A DNA stretch of 62,985 nucleotides, filler included, from Klebsormidium nitens (Eukaryota > Plantae > Klebsormidiophyceae): assembly GCA_000708835.1 (NCBI GenBank). It is 7 parts of 7 records of this genome, joined end to end, with 100 filler letters (N's around TTAATTAATTAA, not from the genome) between each part and the next. Parts side by side here need not be neighbours in the genome. Positions count along the whole stretch, not along the records: positions 52,053 to 60,486 come from DF238247.1; positions 60,587 to 62,985 come from DF238695.1; 5 more parts are not named here. One strand, written 5' to 3'. This document shows positions 57,930 through 62,985 of the stretch, one piece after another (positions within the stretch are counted from its first letter, which is position 1; every line of letters starts with the position of its first letter). The position numbers and the translations under genes are program-made. Below the pieces are notes generated by a model that worked only from the letters and a program-made list of their open reading frames with translations, was not told where the DNA came from and made no database searches.

Positions 57930-58830
57930 ATATTTGCCGATGCAGATGCTCACGTTGTACGGCGAACACACTGGGAAGTGGACTAAGCTGCGAGCAGAGC
58001 TCAAAGAGCAAGGGGTGAACTACCCCGGGCTTGTGTTTGCTGTGGGTCTGAAGCCCAGCCTCGGGTGGGGACCCAACTCGCTTTTTATTTTTCTTGCTGT
58101 TACTTTCCGTGGAGTTCCGCGGAGTTCGGGATCCCGGTGCCAGTGAATAATGAGCTCGCAAGTATAATTCTTTTGTCTACTCTTGTTTGATGTACGGAGT
58201 GTCATGGAAAAACTGTTGTGATTTGTCCTTCTGAAGGAAAGAATGTTATGTCAAATCTGACGTGTAGACGCGATTGAAAAGACTTCTTACTATTTCTTGG
58301 TGCTCTACAGCCTGCTGCTCATGGACAAGTCGACCTTGAGCCTCCCTGCGGAGAAAGTCGGCGAACTCGGGTCCGCCCGGTCTGTGTGGGCGTTGAAGAG
58401 GGTGCACTGCGCCAACCTGTCAAAGGAGAAGCGCGGGTTCTGGGAGCCCATCTGGCAAAGATGGGTCATGCTTGAGCAGCCTGAGCTCGTTGTGCCAGAC
58501 ATCGACGTCCCGGGACGTTCTGTCGATGAAGCACCTGCCCGTCTCCTGGGATGCAGTCGTCGTGCTCCTTTGCGAACTCGACGGAGAGTCCTTCAAGCAC
58601 ATCATCGGCCTGGACCGCTCCCGATCCAATCTGAAGTCCTGGGTGAAGTGGATGGGTATTTTGTTCGCGGTGTGCGAGGCTGTCGTCACCCAGCTCATGG
58701 ACTTCGGGTTCTACGAGAAGCCGAAGACGAGAAAGAGGGGGACTCGCCTGCATTGGTTAAGGACTACCTCCACTTCGCCGGAGCGTACGATCCGTACTGT
58801 CACGCCAGATTGGCTCCTTGCCATAGCGTG
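54608..58830 (+). pseudogene. Spliced ParB/Srx-like domain protein with a long acidic low-complexity N-terminus; decayed and 3'-truncated
   Basis: Exons 54608-55624 (in-frame TAG at 55604), 56344-56858, 57177-57429, 57946 to about 58014, and about 58311-58830 (two frameshifts). ParB-like motifs: PAQVR..HIKERGDVTAVIRP (cf. PxQPR..SIKExG..P..VRP) and FLVDGNSR|LEGY (cf. IIDGxxR), then SRQINDNN. Confidence 0.6.
57440..57670 (+). repeat. About 59-60 bp tandem repeat x4 directly after a donor site, each unit with the N7 palindrome
   Basis: GAGAGTGTCGCAGGCAG(A/G)ATGC(G/A)ATG.T.TGCTTCTTCAACCTTT x4. Confidence 0.9.
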
Positions 58831-59051
58831 TCCTGAGCGTGCGCGCGCGCGCATCGCGCCGCCGCCGCCACAGGCTCATAGCCTATGCACGGCCATAGCC
58901 TATTCATGTTGGACCCTTCGTTTATTGAGGTCCATGCATTTTGGCCCCTTTGCATTATTCGCATTTAATGCATGGCGCAACCCTTGACCCCCTCAAGGGG
59001 GATACCTTTCGACTTCGCATGCTCCTTCGACNNNNNNNNNNNNNNNNNNNN

Positions 59052-60486
59052 ACGGAGCAGCCCCCTGCAACGCCGAAGTACACAAGTCAGAGGCCAGGGT
59101 ACGTACACCCCCCTGAACTTATACACCTGGGTTGCATGGCGGTGATTTTGCGAGCATTGTGTGAATTTGAAGTGGTTTCGAGTCTTGCTTTGACTTCTTG
59201 ACTCACGGATTTGGAGTATATTGGGTGGGTTTTGGGTTTGACTCATCAGCTGGATTTGGAGTGGACTAGCTAGTGTACACTGTGAGTCTTGGATAGGAGC
59301 CAAAGCTATAGCCTAGTATAGGTTCGGCCTTGCGGCCGAGAACGAAAGTGCGGGCCCAGGGCCCAAGGGTGCAGAGAAGGGGCAGCCCTTTCGGGACTGC
59401 CCCTGTGTGGCATTGCCTTGTCTAGCTTGGTAGACCTCTGTCCAGCATTGAATTGCCTTGCATTGTTAAGCATTGTGAAGCACTGCCTAGCATTGTTGCG
59501 CATTGGCTGCCTCTGCTTTGAAATTCGTATCTGGCATTATCGATAGCAAAGGCTGAGGGTGTTGCGTTGTAAGTAGACCGCATTCAGGCCGGGTGTCGTG
59601 CATCAGGATTTTTAGAGCTGCTCAGCATAGAGCGCAGCAGAGTTTCGTTGCTGGCCGGCTGAGTTGGGTTGCGCCACAGAAGGCGCAGCTGGTTTTTGCT
59701 GCTGGCAGCTTGGTTTGAGTTGCGCCACCGCGGGCGCAGCTGGTTGACGTTGTTGGCAGCCTGATTTAGGTGGCGCCACAGGCGGCGCAGCTGTTTTGCT
59801 TGCTTACAGGCTGATTTGGAGTTGCGTCGCAGAGGGCGCAGCTGAAGTGTGTCGCTGACAGGTTGTTTTAGAGTNNNNNNNNNNNNNNNNNNNNCATCAA
59901 GCACGGACGACCGCCCGGGCGCCACGTCCCGGTCCCACGGAGCAGCCCCCTGCAACGCCGAAGTACACAAGTCAGAGGCCAGGGTACGTACACCCCCCTG
60001 AACTTATACACCTGGGTTGCATGGCGGTGATTTTGCGAGCATTGTGTGAATTTGAAGTGGTTTCGAGTCTTGCTTTGACTTCTTGACTCACGGATTTGGA
60101 GTATATTGGGTGGGTTTTGGGTTTGACTCATCAGCTGGATTTGGAGTGGACTAGCTAGTGTACACTGTGAGTCTTGGATAGGAGCCAAAGCTATAGCCTA
60201 GTATAGGTTCGGCCTTGCGGCCGAGAAGGAAAGTGCGGGCCCAGGGCCCAAGGGTGCAGAGAAGGGGCAGCCCTTTCGGGACTGCCCCTGTGTGGCATTG
60301 CATTGTCTAGCTTGGTAGAGCTCTGTCCAGCATTGAATTGCCTTGCATTGTTAAGCATTGTGAAGCACTGCCTAGCATTGTTGCGCATTGGCTGCCTCTG
60401 CTTTGAAATTCGTATCTGGCATTATCGATAGCAAAGGCTGAGGGTGTTGCGCTGTAAGTAGACCGCATTCAGGCCGGGTGTCGTGC
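59052..60486. repeat. 885-bp-period duplication (550 bp aligned) with an internal ~54-bp minisatellite at 59620-59870
   Basis: 59052-59601 matches 59937-60486; I saw 4 substitutions. Both copies are bounded by gaps. Confidence 0.9.
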
Positions 60487-61018
60487 NNNNNNNNNNNNNN
60501 NNNNNNNNNNNNNNNNNNNNNNNNNNNNNNTTAATTAATTAANNNNNNNNNNNNNNNNNNNNNNNNNNNNNNNNNNNNNNNNNNNNTAACCACCGCCGTT
60601 TCGCTAACTCGCGGTCAACGAAATCCTGTCGAGAACGAGGTTAGGCTTAACCAGTCGTAATCGTTACAGTTAGCCAATTGAAGGTTTGCTTATCCTTTCT
60701 CTCTTTCTTGGGACCAAAGGCGGAAAATTTCCTTTTAGGCTTTCCCTGCCATCTGATCCCCGTTAGAGGGTTATCAAATGTCACTTGGCTCAAAGAGCAC
60801 CCGTGATAGCAGATCGCGGGCCTCCGTTGCCTTTATTGACAAGAGAGAACGATAGGCTGATTTGCACCGCTCTTGATGGAACGTGCTTCCTGTCTTGCGG
60901 ACTCCGCGAATTGCCTACTCAACAACTACAAGTGAAAGAGACCCCTTGTTTACCAACGTCGTTGCAATAGATGAGCACCTTTGGCAGATCCTTCCTCCAC
61001 AGCGCTGTGGCCTACACA

Positions 61019-61690
61019 TGTTGAAACACAGCGTTGTTGAAAGAGATATTGAATCAGTCAAGTACCGAATTGTATAGGGTGTTTCAAGTCATGGCCTATC
61101 TCAAAAACTACTTTACTAGCCTACTGTAGTAGGCTCAGGGGAGCGTCACTATGTAAGTCCAAAATTTTACTCTATACTGTTTATATTGAAACTCACGGTA
61201 GAGAGTCGTAGTGTCGTTGAGTTACTCGTCCTCGGGTCTTATCGTGTTGCCCGGCGCCCATGCTCATCACTCATTGATGGCAGCCATGCATCTTAAGAGG
61301 AACACACGGAGCGCCTCACAAGCGGCTTCCTTCTCTCCACAAATTTCTCTTAGAATGATGTATCACAATAGCGTTTGTCACCACTATTGTCTCACGGGTC
61401 TCTCCCGACCCACTAGGCTGACTAGCCTACTAGACTTACTAGCCTAGCTCACTGTCACCCTCAATCCTAGCCCTCGATATCCTCATCTACGGCTTACACT
61501 GACGGCCGCTCTCAACCGCCTAACCTCCAAACCGCCTAACGGATTAACCGTCTAACCGCCGTGCACGCACGGCGGCGCTCACTAGTCCAAACCCTACACG
61601 GGTCGAACCCTAATCACATAGTAATTCGGCTGACCATAATCACGGAATTCTAACACTTTATCAACGGCAATTATTGAACCTATATGCACA
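61019..61690 (-). repeat. Family B LTR remnant of copia element 3, split by a solo LTR
   Basis: 61019-61183 and 61656-61690 align collinearly with LTR 26233-26592 (TAGGTTC.ATA.T.GCCGT.GAT | ..AAATTT.GGACTTACATAGTGACGCTC..ACGCTGTGTTTCAACA). Confidence 0.75.
61184..61655 (-). mobile_element. Solo LTR (family A) with near-perfect 5-bp target-site duplication
   Basis: TGTTAG...TTCAATA; flanks GTTTA (61179-61183) and CTTTA (61656-61660); homologous to 31003-31506. Confidence 0.8.
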
Positions 61691-62985
61691 TCTTGAAATT
61701 CCCTGGTGCCAACGCCTTGGTCATGATGTCCGCCTTCACGTCCTCCGTTTTGCAATACGCGAACGCGACCTTCTTGCGTGCCACACGCTCCCATGCAAAG
61801 TGATGAATTTCGTCAAAGTGCTTCGACCGGTATGAAGCAATTGGGTGCTTGAGGAGCCGTATTGCCCCTTGGTAGTCGCAGTAGATCTGGACCGTCCCGA
61901 GGTCCAACTCAAGATCTTCCCCAAGCTTGCAGAACCACAACGCCTCCTTCACCGCTTTCGCTGCTCTCATGTTTTCCGCCTCGAGGCCGCCACCGTTGGC
62001 TGCAGCCTGCTCGACCAGCTCACCGCCCCCCCATATATCCGGAAGCGTATCCCGTTGTGGACCGCTTCGTGTCCACGTCACCCGCGTAATCGCGTTGCAA
62101 TAAGCGATCAGAGTCTCTCCGCTCCCCCGAAAGGTTACCCCGTCATTCGATATACCCGCTAGGTAGCGCACAACTCGAAGCGCCGCCCGCCAATGCTCCT
62201 CCGTCAGCCCCGCCATATGGCGCGCAAGCGCGCCCAATGCTTGTGCAATGTCGGGCCGAGTGCACACACTCATGTGCAACAGGCTCCCCACGCACTTACT
62301 GGAGGGAAACCGCTTTGTGTCGAGGCGTTCACCCTCTTTGGTTAATCTGTTCCCCATTCCGGAAGGGACCGAGCGCGCCCAAGCGCTCGCTAGTCCGTAT
62401 CGTCCGACAAGCTCTCCCGTCAGCTTTTTTTGCGTTGGCTTCAAGGGTGCGCGCCTCCCTATCGCGCGTCAGCTCCATCCCGAGGGAGTACTTTGCCTCC
62501 CCCAAGTCGCGCACATCGAACTTCTCTCCCAATGCGCCTTTACTTTGGCAAACTCAAAATCTCGAGCTCCTCCTTCAGGCGCACGTGCCATGCACGCGGC
62601 GCCTGGTGCAAATCGTACAGGGTGCGCTTGAGGTGGCAGACCATGTTGGCCCGCCTTGCTTGTAACCTTGTGGCTGCTGCATGTGGATCTCCTCCTTCAG
62701 CTCCCCATTGAGGATTGCCGTCTTGACGTCTAGCTGGTGCAGCTCGAAGTCGCGCTCCGCGACCACCACCAATAATGCACGCAATGTGGTGTGCTTGCTC
62801 ACCAGGGCGAAGACTTCCTCGAAGTCGATTCCCTGCTTTTGCAGGTACTCTTTCGGCAACAACCGGGACTTGTACCGCTCCACATTTCCCAGAGCGTCCC
62901 GCTTTATTTTGTAAATCCACGTCATGGGAACCCCCTTCCGGTTTTTCGCCGAGCTCCCAGGTCCCGTTCTCCAACAAAGACCGCA
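61680..62985 (-). mobile_element. Ty1/copia element 3 RT-RNase H, decayed, runs off the window
   Basis: WIYKIKRDALGNVERYKSRL..QGIDFEEVF..HQLDVKTAILNGELKEEIHMQQP; VCTRPDIAQA; YCDYQGAI..SKHFDEIHHF..KADIMTKAL. Internal deletion; PPT missing. Confidence 0.92.

Overview
Eukaryotic genomic DNA with spliceosomal introns, assembled as a gapped scaffold (N runs, six of them with an artificial TTAATTAATTAA linker). GC-rich exons and a green-algal-type PKD2 suggest a green alga, possibly a streptophyte such as Klebsormidium; this is inference only. (1) 996-19664 (+): an apparently intact 27-exon polycystin-2/TRPP channel gene, about 1476 aa by my manual splicing, all phases compatible. Its very large S1-S2 ectodomain has a CGDGxC Cys repeat, RRL-type motifs, a degenerate cupredoxin-like domain and an LNR repeat. 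(2) About 22.7-32.6 kb and 61-63 kb: nested, decayed Ty1/copia elements, including solo LTRs and a Gag-protease-only derivative. (3) 32.7-41.8 kb: a contig bounded by GGTTG/CAACC-rich tracts, carrying decayed DDX11/CHL1 exons and a possible hAT fragment. (4) 41.9-49.3 kb (-): a spliced, frameshifted virus-type AEP primase/Zn-finger/UL9-like SF2 helicase gene whose introns carry arrays of a ~52-bp palindromic module. (5) 54.6-58.8 kb (+): a spliced, decayed ParB-like gene with at least 15 copies of a 7-bp-spaced palindrome in its upstream region and introns. Items 4 and 5 are the best candidates for an undescribed system. All family calls come from motif recognition by eye; no database searches were run.
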